Below are positions 29,229-38,863 of a stretch of DNA of 64,000 nt, piece after piece. Numbering within the stretch: the stretch's first letter is position 1; each line of letters opens with the position of its first letter. The notes beneath the pieces are model-generated. The model worked only from the letters and a program-made list of their open reading frames with translations, was not told the origin of the DNA and ran no database searches. The stretch comes from Candidatus Binatia bacterium. GTDB taxonomy: Bacteria; Desulfobacterota; Binatia; HRBIN30. The translations under genes and the position numbers were made by a program. The DNA lies in the NCBI GenBank assembly GCA_038245295.1, contig JBBRSP010000034.1:1-64000 (forward strand), given 5' to 3'.

Positions 29229-29651
29229 TTATTCGCTGACTTCGGAATGACCGAGTTGCTTCAATGCGCTGCGGATTGCCGCAGCGGCGCGATCGAGGTC
29301 CTCGGACTTTGCGTGGGTATCCTGATTAGCGAAGTTCATGTCGCCAAGTCCGTCGATCGGCACTAGGTGCCAGTGAAGGTGCGGAACCTCGAGGCCGGCG
29401 ATCATCATGCCGACCTTGGTTGGTCGGAAGGCCAACTGAATTGCTTGCCCGACCGATTGTGCGACGCGTGCCAGGTGCGCGGTGAGCTCCGGTGCTGCGT
29501 CGAGCCAGTGATCCACTTCGGCGAGCGGCACGACCAAGGTATGCCCGGGCCGCAGGGGATTGATCGATAAAAAGGCGACACATTCCTCGTCGCGCCAGAC
29601 GAAGCGGCCGGGCAACTCACCACGAATGATTCGTGTGAAAAGGGTTGGCAT
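29229..29651 (-). CDS. HIT family protein
   Basis: TLFTRIIRGELP, PGHTLVVP, EVPHLHWH. Confidence 0.93.
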   Translation of the reverse strand: MPTLFTRIIRGELPGRFVWRDEECVAFLSINPLRPGHTLVVPLAEVDHWLDAAPELTAHLARVAQSVGQAIQLAFRPTKVGMMIAGLEVPHLHWHLVPIDGLGDMNFANQDTHAKSEDLDRAAAAIRSALKQLGHSEVSE

Positions 29652-29711
29652 CGATAGACCTCATTGCCGTGTCGATCACGGTATCCGTTGTTCCGCAGAA
29701 TTGGGCGCGCT

Positions 29712-32252
29712 TCAGGACGTTTTGACCGGGCATCCGTTGAGGGCATTACTCACGGCGCTGACGATCTCGTCGACTGTTATGCTGCCGTCACGATTGGTGT
29801 CACCGTTGCGGCAAGTGTTGAGGAGGGCCTCCTCGAGAGCAATGCGCACCATCGTGATCACCTCCTCGATCGTCACCTCACCGTCGCCGGCGCAGTCACC
29901 GAGGCAAGGCTTCGGTGTCGGGCTGGCTGTGGCGGTGACCGTGGGTGTTGCCGTTGGCGTAGGCGTGTTCGAAGGGGACGCAGAGATGGTCGGGGACGCC
30001 GTCGCCGTCGGCTCGAGGCTGACGGTGATGGCGCCATCGGTTCCGGTGGCGCCTGGAATGGTTACACCGTTCAAATCGCTGAGTACGATGGTCCCAACCC
30101 GGATCGGGTAGCGAATCGGCGGCGCAAACGAGGCCGCGTGAAAACGGCACGTGAACAGAATAGAGCCGTCGGCGATGGCGGTGACCGGTAAAACCGGGAT
30201 CACCGCCGCCCGGACAATCGAACATGTCGTTCCGGTGCAACCAAACGGCCGAAATACGAACACGCCTTGCTTACCCAGCTCTGGGTTGATGCTGCAGTCT
30301 GGGGCGCCGGTAGCGAGCGGCGCCACAGGTGTACTCTGGCTGTCGAAGCTGAAGTCGAGCTGCACTCCGGCAACAATGGCGTTGCGGGTGGACAGCCGCG
30401 CGCTGACTTCGACGATGCTGCCAGGAAACGCCGTTGCCTCGGAAAGGATGATCGCCGGACGTAGCGGGATCGGCGATTCCGTCGGGGTTGCCACCGGCGG
30501 GTTGGTAGCCGACGGCGTGAGAGTGGGGCTGGGCTCGGGAGTGCTCGTGCGTGTCGGCGTCTGTGTCGCCGTGTAAGATTTCGTCGGGGTTGCGGACAGG
30601 GTGCGCGTCGGGGAGCCCGTCGGCTGCGGCGAGAGGGTGGCGGTCGACGTCCGTGTCGACGTTGTTGTCGGCACGACGGTTTCCGTTTCTGTCGCCGTCA
30701 CCGTCCGCGTTGCCGTGGCCGGGGGGTGCGTCAAGGATGCCGTCATCGATGCGGTCGAGCTCGCTGTCACAGTGGGAGACGAGGTCGTGGTGAACGTGGC
30801 GGTCGCCGTTGGCGACACGGTGGCGCTGGCTGGCGGCCTGGTTGCCGTCACGCTTGGCGACGGGCTCGGCGTGACACTTGGGGATGCCGTTGCGGTTACG
30901 GTTGGCGTCGCACTCGGGACGGTTGTTTCGCTTGGCGTGGGCGTTCGGGTAGCTGTCGGGGTCGCGGAAGTTGTAGGCGTCGAACTGGATGAGCTGGTCG
31001 GTGTTGCGGTCAAGGTCGGTGTCGGAGGTAGGGTGCCGGTCGATGTGTGGGTGTTTGTCGGCGTCGGTGTCTGCGTTGGTGTGGCGGTCAACACGGTTGG
31101 TGTCTCGGTTGCCGTGTCCGTTGGTGTGGCCGTTGGGATGGTCCGTGTTGGTGTCGGGCTGACCGTACGTGTCGCGGTCGGCGAGCGTGGTGCCTGGACC
31201 TCGAAAGCGCCGATATCACACACGGCGACACCGTCGGCGTTGCCATCGTCTGGGCGTCGAAGATTGCGTTGGTCGGTTGGTGGGCACAGTGCATTGTCTC
31301 CGGCATCGATCGCCGGGCTGCTCGGCGCCAGCGCGTGAGTGTTGGAAAAGCCGCCGTTGAAAACCAGTGCGCCGATCAGCGGATCCAGGTTCTGTTGGTC
31401 GCTCGGCTGGGAGAGAAAACAGGACACACTCGAATCGATATTGTGGCCAAGCGAGATGACGGGGATACCGGCGCAGTTTCCGCCGAGCGAGTTTGCTCCC
31501 AGGATAGAATTGGCGACGCGGACTTCTCCTTGGTTGCGGATGCCGCCTCCACTGGTGGCCGTGTTGAGGACGATGGTCGCGTTTGTCACGTTCACCGTCC
31601 CGAGGCCGACATTGGCGAGCCCGCCACCCTGAGCCCCTTGGGCCTGGTTGGAACTTAAGGTAACATTTACCAGCGTGAGGCTGCCGCCTTCGAGGTTGGC
31701 GATTCCGCCGCCGGCGGCTTGCGACACGATACAGCTGCGCACCGTGGCGTTGTCTACCTCGAGTGTGCCGGAGTTGCGGATACCGCCGCCCGCCGCGTTG
31801 ACGTTGCCATTTTGAATCATCATGCCGCGGATTGTCACGTTGGCCGGAGCATGCACGTCGAAGACGCGATCGATCATGGCGCCATTGATCGTTACGACCC
31901 CTGGCCCGATTCCCTCTAGTGTCATGTCGGTGGTGATATCGAGGTCACCCGTGGCCGCGGCATCTTCATCGCGGCCGCCGATCTTGATGGCGTAGGTGCC
32001 GGATGGGAGTTGGATCAGGTCTGGCCCGGCACTGGCGTTAGCTTCCTGGATCGCGGCGCGCAGCGTGCACAAGGATGCCGGGGTGGCGCAGATGCCATCT
32101 CCGGGCGCGGCATCGGTAACGTCCTGGGTTGTGTCCACGACAAACGTGTTGGCGCGGGCCGCAACGCCCAGAAACGCGACGACAATGCCGACAGCGCACA
32201 ACCGCCCCCCGGCCCCGAAGACGACGCCCCGAACCGTCACGAATTCCTCCAC
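29712..32252 (-). CDS. Secreted CSLREA/choice-of-anchor-Q protein with Thr/Pro linker, cohesin-like and dockerin-like domains
   Basis: CTLRAAIQEAN; THAL..SPAIDAG..C...DQR...CDIGAFE; about 240-aa T/P/S linker; cohesin-like block about 30021-30460; CLGDCAGDGEVTIEE...GDTNRDGSITVDE at 29730-29906. Confidence 0.85.
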   Translation of the reverse strand: MEEFVTVRGVVFGAGGRLCAVGIVVAFLGVAARANTFVVDTTQDVTDAAPGDGICATPASLCTLRAAIQEANASAGPDLIQLPSGTYAIKIGGRDEDAAATGDLDITTDMTLEGIGPGVVTINGAMIDRVFDVHAPANVTIRGMMIQNGNVNAAGGGIRNSGTLEVDNATVRSCIVSQAAGGGIANLEGGSLTLVNVTLSSNQAQGAQGGGLANVGLGTVNVTNATIVLNTATSGGGIRNQGEVRVANSILGANSLGGNCAGIPVISLGHNIDSSVSCFLSQPSDQQNLDPLIGALVFNGGFSNTHALAPSSPAIDAGDNALCPPTDQRNLRRPDDGNADGVAVCDIGAFEVQAPRSPTATRTVSPTPTRTIPTATPTDTATETPTVLTATPTQTPTPTNTHTSTGTLPPTPTLTATPTSSSSSTPTTSATPTATRTPTPSETTVPSATPTVTATASPSVTPSPSPSVTATRPPASATVSPTATATFTTTSSPTVTASSTASMTASLTHPPATATRTVTATETETVVPTTTSTRTSTATLSPQPTGSPTRTLSATPTKSYTATQTPTRTSTPEPSPTLTPSATNPPVATPTESPIPLRPAIILSEATAFPGSIVEVSARLSTRNAIVAGVQLDFSFDSQSTPVAPLATGAPDCSINPELGKQGVFVFRPFGCTGTTCSIVRAAVIPVLPVTAIADGSILFTCRFHAASFAPPIRYPIRVGTIVLSDLNGVTIPGATGTDGAITVSLEPTATASPTISASPSNTPTPTATPTVTATASPTPKPCLGDCAGDGEVTIEEVITMVRIALEEALLNTCRNGDTNRDGSITVDEIVSAVSNALNGCPVKTS

Positions 32253-32477
32253 CTTAAACTTTCAGTCATCATATAGGTCGGCGCAAACGCGCTGCACCCT
32301 ACCACATCAAGCGTGTGCGAGGGCAAGGGGGCGTCCGGCATTTGGCCATTTGGTCGTTTGGTCATTTCGCCGGTTGGTCGCCTTGCCGGCTACCCACCTC
32401 GTTCTCGGCTCTCACCACAAGCATCGATTCGGGCGCGTTGCCGCTCCGAAAGGGCTGTGTTAGGAACGCGCGCCACA

Positions 32478-32858
32478 ATGGAACAAGCCCCGGACTTTGA
32501 GAAGCGTGGTGGACTCGTGGTTGCAATTGCGCAGGATGCGGCCACCGGCGAAGTGTTGATGGTGGCCTATATGAACCGGCAGGCGTGGGAGCATACGCTG
32601 GCCACCGGCAAGGCGACCTACTGGAGTACGTCGCGCAACGAGCTGTGGACCAAAGGCGACACATCGGGGCACCACCAGGAAGTGAAAGAGATTCGTGTCG
32701 ACTGTGATGCCGACGCGGTCCTCATGAAAGTGAATCAACATGGTGGCGCGGCGTGCCACGAGGGCTACAAGAGCTGCTTCTTCCGCACGGCGGACAAAGC
32801 CGGCTGGCATGTGGTTGAGCAGCGCGTCGTTGATCCGAACCAGGTCTACAAGAAGTAA
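32478..32858 (+). CDS. hisI: Phosphoribosyl-AMP cyclohydrolase
   Basis: Start ATG 32478; [28 protein letters not shown]. Confidence 0.95.
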   Translation: MEQAPDFEKRGGLVVAIAQDAATGEVLMVAYMNRQAWEHTLATGKATYWSTSRNELWTKGDTSGHHQEVKEIRVDCDADAVLMKVNQHGGAACHEGYKSCFFRTADKAGWHVVEQRVVDPNQVYKK

Positions 32859-32876
32859 GACAAGGGAGCCCCCAAA

Positions 32877-33782
32877 GTGGCAACGTCCAACAACGTACTC
32901 AAACTAGGCGTCCCGAAGGGAAGCCTTCAGGATACAACTGTCGAACTGTTTCGACGCGCCGGTTGGAAGATTGGTGTTTCGGATCGTAGCTATTTTCCGA
33001 CGATCGATGACGCCGGGATCCGCTGCTCACTCGTCCGCGCCCAGGAAATGGCGCGTTACGTCGAAGACGGAACGCTCGACGGCGGCATTACGGGAATCGA
33101 TTGGATTCGCGAGAACAATTCTCAAGTGCACAGCGTTTGTGATCTGGTTTATTCGAAAGCCAGCTTCCGCCCGACGCGGTGGGTGCTCGTCGTGCCCGAG
33201 GACTCATCGGTGAAGGCACCTGAGGATCTACGCGGCAAGAAGATCGCCACGGAGTTGGTCAACTTCACCAAGCGCTACTTTGCCGAGCGCAACGTGCCGG
33301 TCGACGTCGAGTTTTCGTGGGGCGCCACCGAAGCCAAAGCCGCCGACGGGCTTGTCGATGCGATTGTCGAAGTAACTGAGACGGGCGGCACGATTCGCGC
33401 CAATCGGCTGCGAATTGTTACGGAGCTGTTTCAGTCAAACCCTCAACTGATCGCCAACCCCAAAGCCTGGGCCGTCGATTGGAAGCGCGAGAAGATCGAG
33501 CAAATCAGCACGCTCCTGCAGGGGGCGTTGATCGCCGAGAGCCGCGTCGGGCTCAAGATGAATGTTGCCAAGGAGAAGCTCGACAGCATCATCGCCCTGT
33601 TACCGAGCCTGACCGCGCCAACGGTGTCGCCGCTCTACGCGAGCGGCCATCTGAAGGGCAAGGAATGGTTCGCGATCGAAACCGTCATCTCCGAGCCGGA
33701 GGTGCGTGAGCTGGTGCCGCGACTCTTGCGCGAAGGGGCGGTCGGCATCATCGAGTATCCGTTAAACAAGATCGTCGGCTGA
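32877..33782 (+). CDS. hisG: ATP phosphoribosyltransferase (long form)
   Basis: [31 protein letters not shown]-terminal regulatory domain. Confidence 0.95.
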   Translation: MATSNNVLKLGVPKGSLQDTTVELFRRAGWKIGVSDRSYFPTIDDAGIRCSLVRAQEMARYVEDGTLDGGITGIDWIRENNSQVHSVCDLVYSKASFRPTRWVLVVPEDSSVKAPEDLRGKKIATELVNFTKRYFAERNVPVDVEFSWGATEAKAADGLVDAIVEVTETGGTIRANRLRIVTELFQSNPQLIANPKAWAVDWKREKIEQISTLLQGALIAESRVGLKMNVAKEKLDSIIALLPSLTAPTVSPLYASGHLKGKEWFAIETVISEPEVRELVPRLLREGAVGIIEYPLNKIVG

Positions 33783-33794
33783 GGGAGGACCCGC

Positions 33795-34121
33795 ATGCTT
33801 CGACTCGCGTGCGCATTTGCCGTGCTGCTGCTGGTTACCGGTTGTACCACGGACAACGAGACTCGGGCGCGCGAAGCGGCGGACAAAATCAAGCAGTCGA
33901 TTCCTGACATCGAGGCGGCGGCGCTGGCGCAAAAGACAACGCCGGAGGAGATCAAAGCCGCACAACAGGCGTTGACCTCCGCCAAGGAATATCAGGGGGA
34001 AGTTACCGGTGTGCTTGATTCGGTGACGATCAACGCGATCGAGGCGTTCCAGCGGTCGCATGGAATCACCGACGACGGAATTCTAAACGATAAGACCAGG
34101 GCGGCGCTGAAGGCCGGCTGA
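33795..34121 (+). CDS. Small lipoprotein with peptidoglycan-binding domain
   Basis: Lipobox LLVTG-C; Y.GEVTG..D..T..AI..FQ...GI..DG....T..AL. Confidence 0.8.
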   Translation: MLRLACAFAVLLLVTGCTTDNETRAREAADKIKQSIPDIEAAALAQKTTPEEIKAAQQALTSAKEYQGEVTGVLDSVTINAIEAFQRSHGITDDGILNDKTRAALKAG

Positions 34122-34158
34122 GGACGTCCTCCGGTGAGTGTGCGTCGCCGGCGCACGT

Positions 34159-34629
34159 TCAGGGCGTTGCTTGTTCGGGTTCGTAGCCGAGAGCTTCGAG
34201 GAACGGCGCCTTCTCTTCGGCGGGCATGATGAAGATGCCTTCCCAGCCGCAGACTTCCTCGCACAGCTTACAACCGACACACGTTTTCTCGTTCACTTCT
34301 ACTTTGCCCAGGTACTGAGCCGCGTTGGTGGGCGACGGGTAGATGCAGTCGAACGGGCAGACATCGATACAGACACCACAGCCGTTGCAGTTGTCCGGAT
34401 GGACGATGGCGATCGGTCGCTGTTGCTTCTTTAGGACGTGCGTCATGTTCCCGAAGGTGTCGAGGATGGCCTCGTCCGGGCAGATGACGCCACAAGCGCC
34501 GCAGTCGATGCACAACGCGGGTTCGATGTAGAACGACTTCTTGGCCTCGCCACTGATGGCCCGCGTCGGACATCGCTTTTCGCAGGCGGTGCAACCGGTA
34601 CAATTTTCCGCGAGGATGGTGAACGGCAT
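34159..34629 (-). CDS. Polyferredoxin with four CxxCxxCxxxC motifs
   Basis: CTGCTACEKRCP, CIDCGACGVICP, CNGCGVCIDVCP, CVGCKLCEEVC. Confidence 0.9.
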   Translation of the reverse strand: MPFTILAENCTGCTACEKRCPTRAISGEAKKSFYIEPALCIDCGACGVICPDEAILDTFGNMTHVLKKQQRPIAIVHPDNCNGCGVCIDVCPFDCIYPSPTNAAQYLGKVEVNEKTCVGCKLCEEVCGWEGIFIMPAEEKAPFLEALGYEPEQATP

Positions 34630-34650
34630 CGTGGGTTCCCCTCTGCGGGT

Positions 34651-34842
34651 CTACTTCTGCATTTCCTTTAGAATTTCGTCGCCCCGGCCTTCAGCGATCA
34701 GCTTGTCGTGTTTCCGTGCTTCTTTGAAGCCGAGGTAGGTGAAGAAGAAGACCAAGACCATCATCCCGACGATGGGAATATTGTCGGGTAGGATCAAGAG
34801 CTCCAAGAACTGCTGTAACGGGCTAACGGAACCATGCGGCAT
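34651..34842 (-). CDS. Small single-pass membrane protein (63 aa)
   Basis: ATG 34842 after GGAG; PDNIPIVGMMVLVFFFTYLGF TM segment followed by a charged helix. Confidence 0.7.
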   Translation of the reverse strand: MPHGSVSPLQQFLELLILPDNIPIVGMMVLVFFFTYLGFKEARKHDKLIAEGRGDEILKEMQK

Positions 34843-34937
34843 ATTGAAGTCTCCAAGGCGGTGAGTACCAGAACGTCCGCTGAAGTCAACGCGATTGGAC
34901 GACGGCCTGGCTCGCCTCGGCGCCGAGTAGCGATGAC

Positions 34938-36011
34938 CTATGGAATCGTGCCGAGTCGCGTCTGCGGCTGCGGGGGCAGTTCGTCGCAAAGAAACCAGCG
35001 AAACCAGAGGACGCCGCGCTCGTGCCCGGCGGTAGAGATCCAATTTGCATGGCCGGGATCACGCGCCGCGACGGCGAGCTCCCACGACCCGTCGTCAGCC
35101 AACTGGATCTCGCCGCCATTCCGCGACACTCGTTGGTAGCGGTAGTCGTACGTTTGCAGGAAAGGGTTCCAAAGGACCAGGTTCCAGAAGGCGCATGTCG
35201 GGGACCGGCCCTTGATGAACAGGACTTGATCGTCGCTTAGGTCGAAACGGCCCATGGCGTACGTGGCATCCGGGGCGGCCCATCCATAGGTGATTTCAGG
35301 AACACGATACGGTGGCATCACCGAGTTGGGTTCGCCCATCCCTGGGATTGGGCAGACTCCGAGGAGATCGCGAATGAAGTTTGCAGTGCAACGTAGCTTG
35401 GTTGCCAGCTCTTGGTCAGTCAGTGGTGTCGGTTGGCGGGCCGTCGGCAAGGCCTCGATCTGCCAAGTGGCTTTGCGCTCTTGAGCAGGATGCAGCAGGT
35501 AGTCGCGCGTTACGACACAGACCGCATCGGCATCTAGTTTCAACCAATTTCCATCCTGAGGTTGCGCACTCAGGGTAATTTCCACCTGGCCGTCTCGACC
35601 AATCTCCATCTGGCGATTGTGCATCGAACTAACGATTCGATTCGACCAACGTCCGTCCGTCGGCCCCCCGTACACACACAACGACAAGTAGACGGCATCG
35701 CCGAGTTGGCCGCGGATGCGGTACGTGCGCTGTGGATCGACGGGCGCGAAATAGTAGAAGGCATCGGGATTGTCGCCGCCGAACTTACGAGTTGGTCCGA
35801 CCAGCTCGACGAACGAAGGGCGCTCGGGGTCGGCCCATACGTAGCAGTCCAGCGCGACGGTCAGAACCTCCGTGAGCCAGCGGTAGCCTTCGATCACTGA
35901 AAGGTCATCGACAGCACGGACGCCGCCTTCAAACGACGACGGTGCCTCCCTGAGGAGATCGAGGAGGTCGCCAAAGGCTTGTTGGCTTAGAGGAGCACGG
36001 GCGGGATTCAT
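34938..36011 (-). CDS. DUF1214-like domain protein
   Basis: EGYR, GGDNPD..Y..A, YRIRG..GDAVYLS..VY, Y..G.F.L..D..L, WISTAGH..G....RW. Confidence 0.75.
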   Translation of the reverse strand: MNPARAPLSQQAFGDLLDLLREAPSSFEGGVRAVDDLSVIEGYRWLTEVLTVALDCYVWADPERPSFVELVGPTRKFGGDNPDAFYYFAPVDPQRTYRIRGQLGDAVYLSLCVYGGPTDGRWSNRIVSSMHNRQMEIGRDGQVEITLSAQPQDGNWLKLDADAVCVVTRDYLLHPAQERKATWQIEALPTARQPTPLTDQELATKLRCTANFIRDLLGVCPIPGMGEPNSVMPPYRVPEITYGWAAPDATYAMGRFDLSDDQVLFIKGRSPTCAFWNLVLWNPFLQTYDYRYQRVSRNGGEIQLADDGSWELAVAARDPGHANWISTAGHERGVLWFRWFLCDELPPQPQTRLGTIP

Positions 36012-36073
36012 CGCCGCGCTTTGGTTGTAGGGCTGGTTCGCTCCGATACGGCCTTACGGTACATCTCAGCAGG

Positions 36074-36487
36074 TCACGATTTGCGGTACACGAAGCGACC
36101 GATATTGCTGTCGAAGCCCCAGACTCCACCCGTGCCCTTGGGGTGTGAGGCTGTCCCACTGAACGCCAGGCCGGAGACCTCGATGGCCAAGTTCACCTCA
36201 CTCGTAGCTCTGAACCCGAGAAGCTTGGACTGGCAGTCCGAGCCCGAGTTGCAAGCAATATAGGGTGCGCCGTTCGCCGCGAGGCCCTCTTCGGACGCGG
36301 CCGCGTTCCGCAGATCCGCCTGGGCCTTGGCATCAAAGGCTCGAGCCCGGTAAGCGGCATATTGCGGAATGGCAATCGCGGCCAAGATTCCAATTATGGC
36401 GACGACGACAAGTAGCTCGATCAGCGTAAATCCTGCTTCCCGGCGCCGCGGTAACGTGGATTGTCGTACTCTTAATTCGAGAGCCAT
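36074..36487 (-). CDS. Type IVa pilin
   Basis: Prepilin site AG|FTLIELLVVVAIIGILAAIAIP; 118-aa mature chain; start taken as ATG 36487. Confidence 0.92.
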   Translation of the reverse strand: MALELRVRQSTLPRRREAGFTLIELLVVVAIIGILAAIAIPQYAAYRARAFDAKAQADLRNAAASEEGLAANGAPYIACNSGSDCQSKLLGFRATSEVNLAIEVSGLAFSGTASHPKGTGGVWGFDSNIGRFVYRKS

Positions 36488-36500
36488 AGTGTTAGTCGAC

Positions 36501-36517
36501 AGCAATCGCCATACCAG
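36501..36517 (-). promoter_or_regulatory. Sigma54 (-24/-12) promoter for the pilin gene
   Basis: CTGGTATGGCGATTGCT versus consensus YTGGCACGNNNNTTGCW; GG-N10-GC spacing. Confidence 0.7.
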
Positions 36518-36704
36518 CCATTGAGAGTCGACCGCAATGGTTTATTTGCGCGCCCTCTCGGCCTTGGTGAAACCATGAATGACCCTGAGTGGTCGCTCCA
36601 CCAATAGGAAAGTGACGCGTGACAAAAAATGGCACTGTCCAAGAAGCTCGGCCCCGCCATGGTTTTTCGTAGACAGGGAGAGTCTGACTTGCTACGCCGC
36701 TGAA

Positions 36705-37058
36705 ATGGCAGCTGCCCGACCCACTGTCGCCGCTAAGCCTGGAAAGAAGGCCGGCGAATATGTTCTCCAGCTCCCACCGGGATGGGAGCTGCGGCTGCGC
36801 CGTGTCTTACACCAGTCGCTGGCCGACTCTCTGCCCAACATTCGAGAGCCAGGTCTCACCGCCGACCAACGTGAAGCGCGGATTCGTCTGAGGCGGTCGC
36901 GGATGCAGACGGCGGTTTGCCAATACCTGGCGGAGGTGATCAGTGCCGATATCGTCGGCAAGGAGGTCGCCCTGGCGACCCGCAATCGTTTCGGCACGCG
37001 CCGCGGCTCTCTCCGAGAACACGTCGCGGCTATCCTCAAAGAGGTCGATAGTCGATAG
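36705..37058 (+). CDS. Small basic hypothetical protein
   Basis: 117-aa ORF filling the gap between pilin and tRNA; no motif recognised. Confidence 0.5.
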   Translation: MAAARPTVAAKPGKKAGEYVLQLPPGWELRLRRVLHQSLADSLPNIREPGLTADQREARIRLRRSRMQTAVCQYLAEVISADIVGKEVALATRNRFGTRRGSLREHVAAILKEVDSR

Positions 37059-37087
37059 GTGTCAACAAGCGCGAGGTGGGTGAAGTA

Positions 37088-37159
37088 TGGTCCCAAGGGG
37101 ACTCGAACCCCTGTACCCGACGTGAGAGGCCGGTGTCCTAACCGCTAGACGATGGGACC
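37088..37159 (-). tRNA. tRNA-Glu (anticodon CTC)
   Basis: GGTCCCA/TGGGACC acceptor stem; CCGGC-CTCTCAC-GTCGG anticodon arm; GGTTCGAGTCC T arm; no encoded CCA. Confidence 0.95.
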
Positions 37160-37204
37160 ATATTACAACCGGTGGGTCCTGGAACCCACCGGCCGTGCCT
37201 TGAA

Positions 37205-37277
37205 CTGAGGAGGAAGGACTCGAACCTTCAATCGCCTGATCCAGAGTCAGGTGGCTTGCCAATTAGCCCACTCCTCA
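37205..37277 (-). tRNA. tRNA-Gln (anticodon CTG)
   Basis: TGAGGAG/CTCCTCA acceptor stem (U1-A72); CCTGA-CTCTGGA-TCAGG; GGTTCGAGTCC; no encoded CCA. Confidence 0.95.
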
Positions 37278-37325
37278 ATAACCAAAAATAACAGGCGCCT
37301 AACTAACGAGCGGCAACCCGGCGTG

Positions 37326-38738
37326 TCAAGGTGTCGCCGATCCCTCTTGTGTGAGCAAGCAGCGGTCGATCCGGGCAATCGATCGCTCCCGACCGAGAAC
37401 CTCGAGGAGCTCGAAGATACCGGGGCTCACCGTGCCGCCGGTCACCGCAATACGGACCGGTTGGGCGAGCTTTCCGAGCCCAACGCTGAACTGGGCGATC
37501 GTCGCATCGAAACAGACCTTGATCCGATCATGGTCAAACGCCGGCGCATCGGCCAGTCGCGCCCGCAAGGCTCGCAGTATTTCGAGGCTTTCGGGCTTGA
37601 GATGCTTGGCGGCCGCGGCCGGATCGATCTGCACCGTGTCGACGAAGTAGAAGTGGGCCTGCTCGACGAGGTCTACAAGCGTCTTGGCGCGCTCGCGCAG
37701 GGTAAGGGCGAGTTGAGCCAGCCAGGCGTTATCGCCATGCAAGCGGTAGCCCTTTGCCTCGATGAACGGTTTGATTGCTGCCGCCAACGTTTCACCCGAC
37801 ATGGCTTTGATGTTGTGCGCGTTCAGCCACTCGAGCTTCTCCATGTTGTAGACACCAGCTGAGGTGCCGACGTGATCGAGAGAAAAGTGCTCGATCAGCT
37901 CGGCCCGCGAGAAGATCTCTTGATCGCCGTGCGACCAGCCGAGCCTGGCGAGAAAATTCACCAAGGCTTCCGGCAGGAACCCCATGTCACGATAGGCGAT
38001 AACCGAGGTGGCGCCATGGCGCTTACTGAGCCGCGTTCGATCTTCCCCGAGAATCTGCGGCAGGTGGCCGAACGCCGGTAGCGGGTACCCGAGCGCCTGA
38101 TAGATCTGGATCTGTTTGGGCGTGTTGGTCAGATGATCGTCACCGCGCAGCACGTGGCTAATGGCCATCGTCGCGTCGTCGATGACGACACAAAAGTTGT
38201 ACGTCGGGACACCGTCGGAGCGCACCAGGACGAGATCATCAATCTCCGTATTGTCGAAGGCGATGCTGCCCTTTACTAGGTCGGCGACGACGGTGCTGCC
38301 ATCCAGGGGAGCCTTAAAACGGATCACCGACAGCCCCGGGCGCGGCCCCGTGAGGTGACGGCAGGTGCGATCGTACATCGGACTGCGGCCACCCAGCATC
38401 GCCGCCTTGCGTTTTGCCTCCAGCTCCTCGGCGCTGCAGTAGCACCGGTATGCCAAGTCGTTTGACAGCAGGCGCTCGGCATGTTCGGCGTAGATCTCGA
38501 GCCGCTGGGTCTGGAAAATCGGGCCCTCATCCCAATCGAGCCCAAGCCAGCGCATTCCGTCGAGGATTGCCTGGATCGACGCGTCCGTCGATCGTTCACG
38601 ATCGGTATCTTCGATCCGTAGAATAAACCGGCCGCCGGCGTGGCGGGCGAAGAGGTAGTTGAACAGCGCCGTGCGAGCGCCGCCGATGTGGAGATAGCCT
38701 GTAGGGCTTGGAGCAAACCGTGTGCGGACGGAGGGCAT
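37326..38738 (-). CDS. gltX: Glutamate--tRNA ligase
   Basis: RFAPSPTGYLHIGG, LRIEDTD, RGDDH, LSKRH. Confidence 0.97.
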   Translation of the reverse strand: MPSVRTRFAPSPTGYLHIGGARTALFNYLFARHAGGRFILRIEDTDRERSTDASIQAILDGMRWLGLDWDEGPIFQTQRLEIYAEHAERLLSNDLAYRCYCSAEELEAKRKAAMLGGRSPMYDRTCRHLTGPRPGLSVIRFKAPLDGSTVVADLVKGSIAFDNTEIDDLVLVRSDGVPTYNFCVVIDDATMAISHVLRGDDHLTNTPKQIQIYQALGYPLPAFGHLPQILGEDRTRLSKRHGATSVIAYRDMGFLPEALVNFLARLGWSHGDQEIFSRAELIEHFSLDHVGTSAGVYNMEKLEWLNAHNIKAMSGETLAAAIKPFIEAKGYRLHGDNAWLAQLALTLRERAKTLVDLVEQAHFYFVDTVQIDPAAAAKHLKPESLEILRALRARLADAPAFDHDRIKVCFDATIAQFSVGLGKLAQPVRIAVTGGTVSPGIFELLEVLGRERSIARIDRCLLTQEGSATP

Positions 38739-38863
38739 ACGAAACGGTCGCTGCGGTTAACAGCGCTGTTGGTGCAAGTCAACGTACTTGCACCAACGCG
38801 CCGTTGTCGTGTAGTTCGGGGAACTTACACTGTACAGGGCCGCGAGCGATACGGAGCAACAGG

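Noticed and set aside
32260..32477. His attenuator upstream of hisI-hisG
   Set aside because: No short leader with a His-codon run and no terminator/antiterminator seen
36074..36487. Electrically conductive (e-)pilin
   Set aside because: Aromatics at mature positions 1, 24, 27, 32 and 57 but none at 50/51, a 24-residue aromatic-free gap, and 11/118 F/Y/W
36500..37100. Integrative element at the tRNA-Glu 3' end
   Set aside because: No integrase and no duplicated tRNA 3' end noticed in the window
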